64,000 nt of DNA from Chthoniobacterales bacterium (GTDB taxonomy: Bacteria > Verrucomicrobiota > Verrucomicrobiia > Chthoniobacterales > JACTMZ01). A program made the position numbers and the translations under genes. Each line of letters starts with the position of its first letter. The first letter of the stretch is position 1. A model generated the notes under the pieces. The model was not told where the DNA came from and made no database searches. It saw nothing but the letters and a program-made list of their open reading frames with translations. Shown in pieces: positions 1 through 10,029 of the stretch. The stretch is from positions 8,565 through 72,564 of the forward strand of contig JAJTYZ010000014.1 of assembly GCA_021463515.1 (NCBI GenBank), in the 5' to 3' direction.

Positions 1-1393
1 TCATCGAATTGCAAAAAATTTTGCAATACTACTTACCGTATGTTTTGGAAGTGGTGCCAGCGGCTGACGCGAAGGCATCGGACGGCCACGAAGCACTGAT
101 TGGGACGGTCGCTTCCAATCCCCGCATAGCAGCACTGGTGGCGTCTGGCGAAATGCAAGCACCGGTGGGCGACGAAGGGTATTCTTTGCTCCTGCGGGAG
201 AGACAGGGCAAGTCGACGCTTCGTCAACTGGTGGTGGCTGGTGCCGATGAACGTGGCGTTCTCTACGGCGCGGTGGAAGCGGCATTGCGGCTGTTTGGAG
301 GCGGGACTTTATTGGATGGTTTTGGCGGGAAAGGCTTTCGCGGGCGACTCGATGAAGCGGCTCCGTTTGCCGTTTGTGAGCGACCTGCCGTGCGTCAACG
401 TGGGCTCTGGACGTGGGGTTACCCTATCACCGATTATCGCCGCTATTTGGACAATATGATGCGGCTTAAACTCAATACGCTCATCCTTTGGAATGATTGT
501 CCACCGTGGAACATGGCCGAGATTCTTGATTACGCACACACACGGGGGATTCGGGTGATTTTAGGCTTTCATTGGGGTTGGGGACACAGCGGTAGCCTCG
601 ACATTTCCAAGGCAGAAGACCGCCGCCATATTTGCGAAGCCGCCCTGAAAACCTACCGCACGGACTACGCTTGGCTCTAAATCATGATGGCATTTATTTT
701 CAAACGCTCACCGAACACGGAGATTTGCTTTTGGCAGGGCAATCCACCGCAGCATGGGTGACAACACTTGTGAATGAAACGGCGTCGGCGCTGTTGCAAG
801 AATTTCCCGATTTACAAATTCAATGCGGCCTGCACGGAACAGCCATTAAGGAACATTATACCGATCTGGCAGCGTTAAATTCCCGCGTGGAAATTGTCTG
901 GGAAGATTGTGCATCGCAGGTGCCGTTTTCGTATTATCCCGCAGCGGAAAGCCCCCATCTCGACAGCTTTGAAAAATCGCTCGACTACTCACGCAAATTG
1001 GCAACATTCCGCACCGGTCATCAGTTTGCATTTGTTGCCAAAGTGTGGAGCTTTATCCGCTGGCAGGATGATTTTGAAAATCACGGCTCGTTTATTCTCG
1101 GTGAGCAAGCAACTTTGCATGCTCAGGAACGTTTACTACTTCGGCAAGGCGAATGGGATCGCATCAATGCACACTGGTTGGAACATTACCCAATCGCCGC
1201 ACAATTTTACCGAGACATCCTGCACGAAAACCCTAATCTCGGCGTGTATGGCTTGGTGGAAGACGGACTCTTTGAAACGCGCATCCAACCCTCGGTCACT
1301 CTTTTTGGAGAGACGCTTTGGAATCCTTTTCAAAGTAATGAAGAAATTCTCCGCCGAGCCCTTCGGCCCGCTTACCAACGCCTCATGCGGTGA
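1..1393 (+). pseudogene. Glycoside-hydrolase-like TIM-barrel protein with a GH20b/GH67N-like N-terminal domain. It is 5-prime partial at the window edge and split by a frameshift into ORFs 9..680 and 632..1393.
   Basis: The two ORFs lie in different frames and overlap at 632..680. Their products read as one protein (...KTYRTDYAWL / NHDGIYFQTLTEHGD...). The N-terminal segment EGYSLLL..VVAGADERGVLYGAVEAALRL and the core GLWTWGYP..LKLNTLILWND..GIRVILGFHWGWGH are typical of GH-like TIM barrels. Confidence 0.55.
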
Positions 1394-1550
1394 ACGATGA
1401 TTCAAAATTCGCCGCAATATATCGCCTCACTCTACTGGAGGATATGGCTTGAGATTGTTGGATGAGTGAGGAGGATGACAACTAAAGGCGGGAAGAAAAA
1501 AAGTGGCACAGAGTGCCGCTGCTTCAACTTGGAACAAATGCGGACAACTT

Positions 1551-2936
1551 ATGAAACCTACCCTCGTTAACCAAGGTGCCCCTAATGGCGAGTTGCAATT
1601 CTCGCAAAAAATACCACTTAAGCAAAACTACAATGTCATTGTTGTCGGCGGTGGTCCCTCGGGATGTGCGGCGGCGATTGCTGCGGCGCGTCAAGGTGCT
1701 TCGACATTGTTAGTCGAGAGCACGGGCGCCCTCGGAGGCTCGGGCACGACAGCTCTTGTCCCGACATGGTGCCCGTTTTCGGATCGAGAAAAAATTATTT
1801 ATGGGGGCTTGGCGGAAGAAATTTTTACCATTTCTCGCGCAGGCATGCGACATATCCCAGCCAATCAATTAGACTGGGTGCCGATTGATGCCGAAAAGCT
1901 GAAACGCCTCTATGATCGCCTTGTTACAGATGCTGGAGTGACCGTGTTGTTTCGATCTCAGCTTTGTGCGGTCGAGACAGATGGCTCACGACGCGTCACC
2001 GCCATTGTGGTGGCAAACAAATCGGGGCTGACAGCTTATGCGGCACCTGTCTTTATTGATTGCACGGGCGATGGAGATTTAGCGGCTTGGGCTGAAGCGG
2101 AGTTTCAGCAAGGAGATGAAGATGGTCATGTGCAGCCAGCCACGCATTGCTTTGTGTTGGGTAATGTTGATGAATATGCCTACCAACACGGCCCCTCGCT
2201 GCATCCCCATAATCCTCAAAGCCCCATTTATCAAATTTTAGAATCCGGAAAATACCCACTCATCCCCGATTATCATATTTGTGACACCTTAATTGCCCCG
2301 CGAACGGTGGGATTTAATGCGGGGCATTTATGGAATGTTGACGGCACGGATGCGCAGTCTTTATCCGAAGCCTTGATCCGCGGACGAAAGATAGCGGAAG
2401 AGTTTCGACGTGCTTTGGCTGATTATCTTCCCGCAGCGTATGGCAATGCGTTTGTCGCGAGTACAGGCGCGGGGATGGGAATTCGGGAAAGCCGGAGAAT
2501 TGTGGGAGATTATGTCCTTACGTTAGATGACTATTTCAATCGTCAATCGTTTTCGGATGAAATTTGCAGAAATTCATATTTTATTGATTTGCATTTAACG
2601 AAGGATGAAGCCAACACGGGACAAAAAATTGATGTCGAACAGCGTTTCACCCGCTACCAACCCGGAGAGTCTCATGGCATTCCCTATCGTTGTCTCACAC
2701 CGTGCGGATTGCCCAATGTGCTCGTCGCCGGACGCTCTATTTCTTGTGATCACACAGTTCACGGGAGCATTCGCGTCATGCCTGTGTGCCTCGCCATGGG
2801 AGAAGCGGCAGGAGTCGCAGCGGCGCAAGCTCTCAAAAATCAACCTGTAGATATTCACACCATCAACGTCGAAAACCTCCGCCAAATCCTGCGGAAAAAT
2901 GGCGGTTACCTGCCGCATGTTGAGGGCGAAAAGTAA
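1551..2936 (+). CDS. FAD-dependent oxidoreductase
   Basis: Dinucleotide-binding motif VIVVGGGPSGCAAAIAAARQGASTLLVE sits near the N-terminus. The ATG at 1551 is preferred over the GTG at 1503. A long ORF with no competing frame. Confidence 0.85.
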   Translation: MKPTLVNQGAPNGELQFSQKIPLKQNYNVIVVGGGPSGCAAAIAAARQGASTLLVESTGALGGSGTTALVPTWCPFSDREKIIYGGLAEEIFTISRAGMRHIPANQLDWVPIDAEKLKRLYDRLVTDAGVTVLFRSQLCAVETDGSRRVTAIVVANKSGLTAYAAPVFIDCTGDGDLAAWAEAEFQQGDEDGHVQPATHCFVLGNVDEYAYQHGPSLHPHNPQSPIYQILESGKYPLIPDYHICDTLIAPRTVGFNAGHLWNVDGTDAQSLSEALIRGRKIAEEFRRALADYLPAAYGNAFVASTGAGMGIRESRRIVGDYVLTLDDYFNRQSFSDEICRNSYFIDLHLTKDEANTGQKIDVEQRFTRYQPGESHGIPYRCLTPCGLPNVLVAGRSISCDHTVHGSIRVMPVCLAMGEAAGVAAAQALKNQPVDIHTINVENLRQILRKNGGYLPHVEGEK

Positions 2937-2954
2937 CCACCATTGCTAAACTTT

Positions 2955-3908
2955 ATGTCAACCCAACCAAAAGTCGGAATCATCGGATGCGGGGCCATTG
3001 CAGAATCGCACCGGATTGGTTATCAAAAAAACAACCTCATTCCCGTGGCCGTCGCGGATGTTTCGGAAACCCATGCGTCCGAGCTCGCAAAAAAATGCGA
3101 TAACGCCCAAGTATTTCGCTCCTTCACCGACTTGCTGGAAAGCGGCGTGGAAGCTGTGAGCATTTGTACGCCACCGGGAACGCATCATGAAATTGCCGTG
3201 GCGGCTCTCGAACGCGGAATTCACGTGCTCTGCGAAAAGCCTCTTGCAGCTACGCTGGAAGATTGTCGCCAAATTGAAAAAGCAGAGGCCGCCTCCTCTG
3301 CGGTTTTTATGGTGGCCTTTCGCCATCGTTATCTACCGGTGCATCAGGCCATGCGGGCACTTATTGAGAAAGAAGGTCTGGGAAGGATTGTTCTTTTCCG
3401 CAATCTTTTTGGAGGCCCCATGCCGGCGATGAAAGATAAGTGGTTCTCGAAACGCGCTATAGCAGGCGGGGGAGTTCTCATGGATACCAGTAGTCATGGC
3501 GTGGACCTTTTTCGCTTTTATTGCGGAGAAATCGCGTCGTTTGCCGGTCAGACCAATCGCCTTTTTGAGAATACCGATGTGGAGGACACGGGTGCTGTTG
3601 TACTTCGATCCGAGGATGGTGCTTTAGGAATCATTGCGAGCTCCTGGACCATTGGAACATGGAATGCCATTGTGCAGATTGACACGGAAAAAGCCTCGTT
3701 AACTTACGACTATTCCAATAGCGGAGAATTCATTCTGCAACGCGGCGCGGATGCACCCAAAGAAAAGGTATCCGTGAAATCCAGCGATGGTTTTGCAGAA
3801 GAAATTACATGTTTCCTTAAGGTGATTGCCGGTAGTGATACGAATTATCCTTCTGCCACCGATGGCCACCGGGTCGTCGAAGTCTTTCAGGGAATTTATT
3901 CAAATTAA
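2955..3908 (+). CDS. Gfo/Idh/MocA family oxidoreductase
   Basis: N-terminal Rossmann motif KVGIIGCGAIAESH and the family motif LCEKPLA. Confidence 0.85.
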   Translation: MSTQPKVGIIGCGAIAESHRIGYQKNNLIPVAVADVSETHASELAKKCDNAQVFRSFTDLLESGVEAVSICTPPGTHHEIAVAALERGIHVLCEKPLAATLEDCRQIEKAEAASSAVFMVAFRHRYLPVHQAMRALIEKEGLGRIVLFRNLFGGPMPAMKDKWFSKRAIAGGGVLMDTSSHGVDLFRFYCGEIASFAGQTNRLFENTDVEDTGAVVLRSEDGALGIIASSWTIGTWNAIVQIDTEKASLTYDYSNSGEFILQRGADAPKEKVSVKSSDGFAEEITCFLKVIAGSDTNYPSATDGHRVVEVFQGIYSN

Positions 3909-3912
3909 AATC

Positions 3913-4722
3913 ATGAACATCGCTTTTATTGATCACGACATTGACAACTGGCATGCCAATACATTTGCGCGACTTTTGTCCGAGGAGCATCCCGAACTAA
4001 AACTCACCGCCGTTTATGCAAATCGAAAAGACAACCTGCAATCATGGGCTGCAGAACGCAATGTTGCTGTTGTGGACTCCATCGAAGCACTGCGTCCTTT
4101 AGCCGATGCGATCATGGTGTTGGCCCCTTCCAATCCGGAAACGCATCTGGAGCTCTGCCGCGAGGCGTTTCGCCTAGGTAAACCGACCTATGTGGACAAA
4201 ACATTTGCCCCGGATGCACAAACAGCAAAATTGATTTTTGACGAAGCGGACGCGCGGGGGGTTTCAATTCAAACAAGCTCCGTGCTTCGTTATACGGAGG
4301 TGCAGGAGTATTGCGCGACCAAGTCGAACGATCCTGTTCGCTACATCGCCACATGGGCGGGCGGAGGTAATTTTGAGGAATACCTCATTCATCCCGTGGA
4401 GCATGTCATCAGCGTCCTTGGCCCGGACTACCGTGATATTCGTTGCCGTGAAGTTGCAGGATTTCGCAAAATCGAAATTTCATTTGCAGATGGAAGCGAA
4501 GCCTTGATCAACATGCACATCAATCATGCTGTCGCGTTTTTCAGCGTGATTTCCCTCGCCAGTGAAACACAACCCATCATGATTGATGGCAATAAAATCT
4601 TTGCTTCCGGCTTAAGCGGAATTTTAAACTTTTTCAAAAATCCGTCGCAGGCCATTGACCGCCGAGAAACGATGGCCATCATGGAAATTCTAGAAAAAAT
4701 TAAGACACAATACGCATCATGA
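3913..4722 (+). CDS. Gfo/Idh/MocA-like protein with degenerate nucleotide-binding motifs
   Basis: The ATG at 3913 follows the upstream stop at 3906..3908. The layout resembles Gfo/Idh/MocA, but the GxGxxG position reads IAFIDHDIDNWHANTF and the EKP position reads VDKTFA. Confidence 0.6.
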   Translation: MNIAFIDHDIDNWHANTFARLLSEEHPELKLTAVYANRKDNLQSWAAERNVAVVDSIEALRPLADAIMVLAPSNPETHLELCREAFRLGKPTYVDKTFAPDAQTAKLIFDEADARGVSIQTSSVLRYTEVQEYCATKSNDPVRYIATWAGGGNFEEYLIHPVEHVISVLGPDYRDIRCREVAGFRKIEISFADGSEALINMHINHAVAFFSVISLASETQPIMIDGNKIFASGLSGILNFFKNPSQAIDRRETMAIMEILEKIKTQYAS

Positions 4723-5801
4723 CCTCACCCCTTCGCATTCTTATCGTTGGCTGCGGACACATGGGAACATCCCATGCGCTGGCTTACCAAGCATCGCCGG
4801 ATTTTGAAATTGTCGGCTTAGTTTCACGAGGGGAGGTATCGCGTACAGCTCTTGTGGCGCGATTAGATGGAGCGACAAAAATTGCCCTCTTTGATGACTA
4901 TGTTCGGGCATTGGAGACCATTCGCCCGGATGCTGTTTGTATTTGCACTTATCCAGACACCCATGCGGATTATGCAAACAAAGCACTGGAAGCAGGTTGC
5001 CATGTGTTTTTAGAAAAGCCGGTAGCAACGACTGTAGAAGATGCAGAACGATTGGTGCAACTCGCACACGAGCGCGGTCTCAAATTGGTGATCGGTTACA
5101 TTTTACAGCATCACCCGACGTGGCAACGCTTCGTAGAGGAAGCGCAGCAGCTGGGCAAGCCGCTTGTAATGCGGATGAATCTCAATCAGCAAAGTTCCGG
5201 CGACGCATGGAGGACGCACAAGGAAATCATGCGCTCTATGTCACCCATCGTGGATTGCGGCGTTCATTATGTGGAAGTGATGTGCCGCATGACCGCCTCG
5301 CGCCCCAAAAGCGTCAGTGCCATCGGCGTAAGGCTCACGGGCGAACTTCCGCCTCACACATATAATTACGGACAATTACAAATCCGCTTCGAAGATGGTT
5401 CGGTGGGTTGGTATGAAGCGGGATGGGGTCCGATGATGAGTCAAAGCGCATTTTTTATAAAAGACGTGATTGGCCCCAAAGGCTCCCTCAGCATCATGGC
5501 ATCCAAAGAAACGTTAAGCGATTCTTCGGATATCAATTCGCACACACGCACCGATTCCCTGCTTTTTCATTCAGGAAAATTACAAGCCGATGGAACCTTT
5601 GCGGAAGCAGACCGCAGCATGGCATCCGAAGCAGAACCCGATCACGATGCTTTGTGCGCCCGAGAGCAGGAGTTTTTCCGACGTGCCATTCGTGAAAATC
5701 TTGATCTCAGTTCTCACTGGGATGCCGCTATTGACAGCCTCAAAATCGTCCTTGCTGCCGATGAGTCCGTCCGCACCGGACAGACCGTTTTACTGAGCTA
5801 A
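4719..5801 (+). CDS. Gfo/Idh/MocA family oxidoreductase
   Basis: Motifs ILIVGCGHMGTSHA and FLEKPVA. ATGA start/stop overlap with the upstream gene. Confidence 0.85.
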   Translation: MTSPLRILIVGCGHMGTSHALAYQASPDFEIVGLVSRGEVSRTALVARLDGATKIALFDDYVRALETIRPDAVCICTYPDTHADYANKALEAGCHVFLEKPVATTVEDAERLVQLAHERGLKLVIGYILQHHPTWQRFVEEAQQLGKPLVMRMNLNQQSSGDAWRTHKEIMRSMSPIVDCGVHYVEVMCRMTASRPKSVSAIGVRLTGELPPHTYNYGQLQIRFEDGSVGWYEAGWGPMMSQSAFFIKDVIGPKGSLSIMASKETLSDSSDINSHTRTDSLLFHSGKLQADGTFAEADRSMASEAEPDHDALCAREQEFFRRAIRENLDLSSHWDAAIDSLKIVLAADESVRTGQTVLLS

Positions 5802-5884
5802 AGGGTAAGTGAAACGTAAAACAAGTTTTCCAACTCGCTTATTTCTGAATGGAAAAACATCAAAATTTGTGACTGGGTTCCGCG

Positions 5885-7045
5885 TCAACTCCCAATGATG
5901 CCAATTTCTCGTAGGGGCAATGCGGTAATTTTTTCTGTCAGCGAATACCGCAACGTACCGGGATAGACCACCCAGAGGTGAGCAAGTTGTAAATCCTCCA
6001 AGGCCACGTGCATGGACTTGGTGGTGCGGGGGGCGTCTGTGCATTTGAACTCCAGACCCCAACGTTGTCCGCGTCGCAACAGCATCAAATCCAATTCCGC
6101 GCCACTCTGCGTGGCATAGAAAAAGGCATCCCTTTCTCCGTGAGCCATGAGTACTTGTTCTAGGGCAAATCCTTCCCAGCTTGCGCCATAACGAGGATTG
6201 ATTTGCAACTCCAACATTCCTCCAATTCCCAACAGATGATGCAGCACTCCGCTGTCCCTCAGATAAACCTTGGGCGATTTGACTAACCGCTTGCCTAGGT
6301 TTTCGAACCACGGGGATAGCATCCGAATCATGAAGGTGCCTGCCAACAAGTCCCGATAGTGGTTGACCGCCGTAACACTTACATCCATGGAGCGTGCCAA
6401 TTCAGCACCGTTCCAAATCTGCCCGTGAAAATGCGCCAGCATGCGCCAGAATCTTCCCAGTGCCATGGGAGCCACTTTCGACCCCAAGCCCGGAATGTCT
6501 CGCTCCAGAAACGTCCGGGTAAATCTTTCTATCCATCGCCCCCATATCTCAGGAGTTTTCGCAAGAAAGGCGCGTGGAAAACCACCCTGAAGCCAAAGCC
6601 GATCCTGCTGACTACAACCAACCTCAGCCAGCGAAAACCCCGCTATATCCACAAATTGTATCCGCCCCGCCAACGTTTCCGAAGCCCCTTTGATCAAATC
6701 CCATGAGGCACTGCCTAGCAGAAGAAATACAGCACGACGATCCTTCCTGTCGCATAAGGGACGCAACACCTCAAAAAGCGTTGGAAGGCGTTGTACCTCG
6801 TCCACAATCACCAACCCCTCGCACTCAGTCAACAGCCTCTCCGGTGTCGTCTGAAACGCCTCACGCGTTTGCATTTGCTCCAAATCAAAAACAGCGACCG
6901 GCCCATCCACCCACTCCTGCGCAATTTGCTCCGCCAGCGTCGTTTTCCCCACCTGCCGCGCCCCCAGCAGAGCCACAACCGGCGACTCCGCCAAGCGAAT
7001 CCGAATCGCCTCCATCAAGTTCTTTCGTGGTATTGTTCCTTGCAT
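5885..7045 (-). CDS. AAA_14-type ATPase with a C-terminal DUF4143 (PD-(D/E)xK-like) domain
   Basis: Walker A LLGARQVGKTTLA and Walker B LVIVDEVQ. The C-terminus has GAELDLMLL..WGLEFKC, a D...ExK pattern. The ATG at 7045 (MQGTIPRK) is preferred over 7090. Confidence 0.8.
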   Translation of the reverse strand: MQGTIPRKNLMEAIRIRLAESPVVALLGARQVGKTTLAEQIAQEWVDGPVAVFDLEQMQTREAFQTTPERLLTECEGLVIVDEVQRLPTLFEVLRPLCDRKDRRAVFLLLGSASWDLIKGASETLAGRIQFVDIAGFSLAEVGCSQQDRLWLQGGFPRAFLAKTPEIWGRWIERFTRTFLERDIPGLGSKVAPMALGRFWRMLAHFHGQIWNGAELARSMDVSVTAVNHYRDLLAGTFMIRMLSPWFENLGKRLVKSPKVYLRDSGVLHHLLGIGGMLELQINPRYGASWEGFALEQVLMAHGERDAFFYATQSGAELDLMLLRRGQRWGLEFKCTDAPRTTKSMHVALEDLQLAHLWVVYPGTLRYSLTEKITALPLREIGIIGS

Positions 7046-7214
7046 TTCTTCTATCAAAAATAAGATATTCAAGAAAATAATCAATACCACACACTCATTA
7101 CATACTTGTTGAGAGTGAATCTCCTCGAAGAATATCCGTTATTAGTGGCTTTTTTAGAACCTCGCAGAACATCCGCCAAGTCGGTTCTCGGATACCGCGC
7201 CTGCCTCGGGTGCC

Positions 7215-7238
7215 GTTTCCCGCGATTTTGCGGGAAAC
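7215..7238 (-). terminator. Perfect 9-bp stem hairpin immediately downstream of the TIM-barrel gene; possible terminator
   Basis: GTTTCCCGC-gatttt-GCGGGAAAC lies 9 nt after the stop at 7247. No clear U-tract follows, so the function is uncertain. Confidence 0.3.
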
Positions 7239-7246
7239 ATCGGAAA

Positions 7247-8020
7247 TCACTTCAAATATGTCGCAAGCATTTCATGCAAAGTGGCCGCATCAGCGAAAAA
7301 GTTTTCCGGCGCGTCATCTTTGGTAAATTCGAGCAGAGCATAGCGGTTGCGGGAAGGTGCTCGTTGAGCGAGGGAAAAATATTTTCTCCACGGCAAAACA
7401 CCTTGTTCCAAAAGTTGGCGCGTCGTTCCCGGCGACCAATGGAAAACATGCAAATTACTTAGGTAAGGACGGCAAGCTTCGAGGCTTTGAACACATTCTG
7501 CAAACGTCATATCCACGGGCGGCTGCCATAGAGTGTCAAGATTGGAATGATGCACTGCTTCGAGAAGTCGAAGCGCGGATGCTGTTGTTTCGGTGAGTGT
7601 CCCTCGGTGAAACTCCAAAGCCACACGAAGGCCAACGTGTTCTGCTTCTGCGGCCATACGCCTAAGCCTCGTCGCTATTTCTTGAAAGTAAGTTTCATCG
7701 GCATTTGAAGGGGAACGTGTACCTGCCCAAACGCGAATTGTAGGGGCACCTAAAGCTAAGGCTGTTTCTAGGATGGGCGTGAAATCCGACGACGATCCAT
7801 CGGCATCCATCACGCGAAAATAAGAGCCATAAGCCGCAACATGAAGTCCGGCTTCTTGCGTCATCCGACCAACTTCCTCCGCTCGTTTAACATCACCATG
7901 AGGCACATGGATGTCCCCTCCCCATTCAATTCCTACAATTTGAGCGCGTGTGACCAGAGTGATGATTTCCTGTGGTGAGAGTGATCGAAAAGTGACAGAG
8001 ACAAGTCCGGAAAGAATCAT
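7247..8020 (-). CDS. Sugar phosphate isomerase/epimerase (xylose-isomerase-like TIM barrel)
   Basis: Size about 257 aa. The N-terminus MILSGLVSVTFRSLSPQEII..GIEWGGDIHVPHGD and the internal LEFHRGTL are typical of this fold family. Confidence 0.7.
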   Translation of the reverse strand: MILSGLVSVTFRSLSPQEIITLVTRAQIVGIEWGGDIHVPHGDVKRAEEVGRMTQEAGLHVAAYGSYFRVMDADGSSSDFTPILETALALGAPTIRVWAGTRSPSNADETYFQEIATRLRRMAAEAEHVGLRVALEFHRGTLTETTASALRLLEAVHHSNLDTLWQPPVDMTFAECVQSLEACRPYLSNLHVFHWSPGTTRQLLEQGVLPWRKYFSLAQRAPSRNRYALLEFTKDDAPENFFADAATLHEMLATYLK

Positions 8021-8119
8021 GAGGGGATATCAAAGAGGAAAAATGATCTGTTGGCAGCAAAGATTTTCTCGTTTTTCATTCGCTAATGATCCGCGAAAAT
8101 GACAGCTTGAAGAGTTTGT

Positions 8120-9256
8120 ATGTCGGAGAAAAATTCAGCGACTTCCAAAGTCTTGCATGTACGTGATGAAGGAAGTCGTACCATTTTGAATTTGCAAGGG
8201 CGGCTGGATGATGCGTCGGTCGCAAAGTGCTGGGAGGAGGCTTTGGAGGCAGAGAAACGATCGCAAGGTGGCGTGACAGTAAATTGCTCCGGCGTGGATT
8301 ACTGCGGGGGAGCGGGGTTTGCGCTTTTAATGGCCATTGAGGAGGCGGCGAAGCAACGCGGAGGGGCCATGCAATTGGAGGAATTGGCACCGAAGTTCCG
8401 TGCTTTTTACGATAAAATTGACCGCAACAAACTGGAGAAACCCTCCATTCCCGAACGTGAGCATGATAATTGGATCACAAATCTCGGTCATGCTACCGCA
8501 ATTCGAGCGGCTGGGTGGAAAGATGAAACAGAGTTTGTCGGGGAATTGAGTGAAGGTCTCGTAGCGTTAGGCAAGAACCCACGCAAGCTACGCTTTCGCG
8601 AATGGTGGACGATTGTGGAAAAGGCGGGGACGAATGCTCTGGGCATCGTGGTGCTGATTAGTTTTCTCACCGGCATGATCATTGCATTTCAGGCATCCAT
8701 CCCGATGGCACAATTTGGGGTGGATATTTTCGTCGTCAATCTCGTGGCTCTCGCCATGGTGCGGGAGCTGGGGCCCATTATGACGGCTATTATGTTGGCC
8801 GGTCGCTCGGGTTCGGCATTTGCCGCAGAAATTGGAACGATGAAGGTCAATGAGGAAGTCGCCGCTTTAAAAACGATGGGGCTAAGTCCCGTACGCTTTC
8901 TTGCGGTGCCAAGGGTGTTGGCGGGGATTGCGGTGACACCGGTGCTGACGGTTTACTCCATGGTGGCAGGCGTCGCGGGGGGGTTGGTCGTTATGATGTT
9001 GCGCGGTTATCCGCTGGTGGCATTAACCAATCAGCTCGCGGGTGCCATCGCCCCGCATGATATTTTCGCGGGGTTAATTAAATCCTTTTTTCTTGGTGCC
9101 GCCGTGGCAGGGGTGGGATGTATGCGCGGACTCCAAACGGCGTCCGGCGCAACAGCCGTGGGAGATTCGACAACGAAAGCGGTGGTCACGGGAATTCTGC
9201 TGGTGGTGCTGATAGACGCGCTCTTCGCGGTGATTTATTACCAGTTGAAATTTTAA
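8120..9256 (+). CDS. mlaE: MlaE-family ABC permease with an N-terminal STAS (MlaB-like) domain
   Basis: The first ~100 aa look STAS-like (LNLQGRLDDASV...VDYCGGAGFALLMAIEEAAKQRG). These are followed by a multi-pass MlaE-type membrane domain (GIVVLISFLTGMIIAFQ...). Confidence 0.8.
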   Translation: MSEKNSATSKVLHVRDEGSRTILNLQGRLDDASVAKCWEEALEAEKRSQGGVTVNCSGVDYCGGAGFALLMAIEEAAKQRGGAMQLEELAPKFRAFYDKIDRNKLEKPSIPEREHDNWITNLGHATAIRAAGWKDETEFVGELSEGLVALGKNPRKLRFREWWTIVEKAGTNALGIVVLISFLTGMIIAFQASIPMAQFGVDIFVVNLVALAMVRELGPIMTAIMLAGRSGSAFAAEIGTMKVNEEVAALKTMGLSPVRFLAVPRVLAGIAVTPVLTVYSMVAGVAGGLVVMMLRGYPLVALTNQLAGAIAPHDIFAGLIKSFFLGAAVAGVGCMRGLQTASGATAVGDSTTKAVVTGILLVVLIDALFAVIYYQLKF

Positions 9257-9258
9257 TC

Positions 9259-10026
9259 ATGGCCCACAGCGACAAAAACATTATCGAAGTGCGGAATATG
9301 AGCGCGGGTTATAGCGGACGCGTTATTTTGCACGACATCAATTTTAGCGTTCGGCAAGGCGAGATTTTTATCATTCTTGGCGGTTCGGGGTGCGGTAAAA
9401 GCACGCTCCTAAAAAACATGATTGGGCTGTATCCGGCTCTCTCGGGGGAAATTCTTATTGGGGGAGAAAACATCGTTGGTGCCACTGGCCAGACACGGCA
9501 AAAACTTCTTCAAAAGTTTGGCGTGATGTATCAGAGCGGTGCTCTTTTTGGCTCCATGACATTAGAACAAAATGTTTCGTTGCCTTTGGAAGAATGGACT
9601 GCATTGCCACCGGAAGCGCGTTCTTTGCTTTCGCGGCTCAAATTGCAGCAAGTGGGCCTCGGAGAGTATGCTGATTTTTTCCCCTCGGAAATCAGCGGAG
9701 GCATGCAAAAACGCGCCGCCGTCGCCCGCGCCATGGCACTGGACCCACTCATCCTTTTTCTTGATGAACCATCGGCCGGCCTTGATCCGATTACCTCGGC
9801 AGGATTGGATGAATTGATACGTTCGCTCTCACGCAATCTCGGAATTACGTTTGTGATTGTCACCCATGAATTGCCCAGCATCTATGCCATTGCCGATCGT
9901 GTCATCATGCTTGAACAAGGCACAATCGTTGCCGAGGGTAAACCTCAAGAATTGCGAGATCATCCCCCCAGTGATTTTATACGCCGATTTTTCCGGCGTG
10001 AATCGGAAGAAACAAAAGCTGCCTAA
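9259..10026 (+). CDS. mlaF: MlaF-type ABC transporter ATP-binding protein
   Basis: Walker A GGSGCGKST, signature ISGGMQKRAAVARA and Walker B ILFLDEPSAGLD. The ATG at 9259 lies 3 nt after the mlaE stop. Confidence 0.85.
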   Translation: MAHSDKNIIEVRNMSAGYSGRVILHDINFSVRQGEIFIILGGSGCGKSTLLKNMIGLYPALSGEILIGGENIVGATGQTRQKLLQKFGVMYQSGALFGSMTLEQNVSLPLEEWTALPPEARSLLSRLKLQQVGLGEYADFFPSEISGGMQKRAAVARAMALDPLILFLDEPSAGLDPITSAGLDELIRSLSRNLGITFVIVTHELPSIYAIADRVIMLEQGTIVAEGKPQELRDHPPSDFIRRFFRRESEETKAA

Positions 10027-10029
10027 TCC

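Noticed and set aside
672-684. prfB-like programmed +1 frameshift
   Set aside because: The shift occurs at a stop codon, but there is no Shine-Dalgarno-like element a few nucleotides upstream. The CTC-to-TCT re-pairing is also poor. An indel or sequencing error is more likely.
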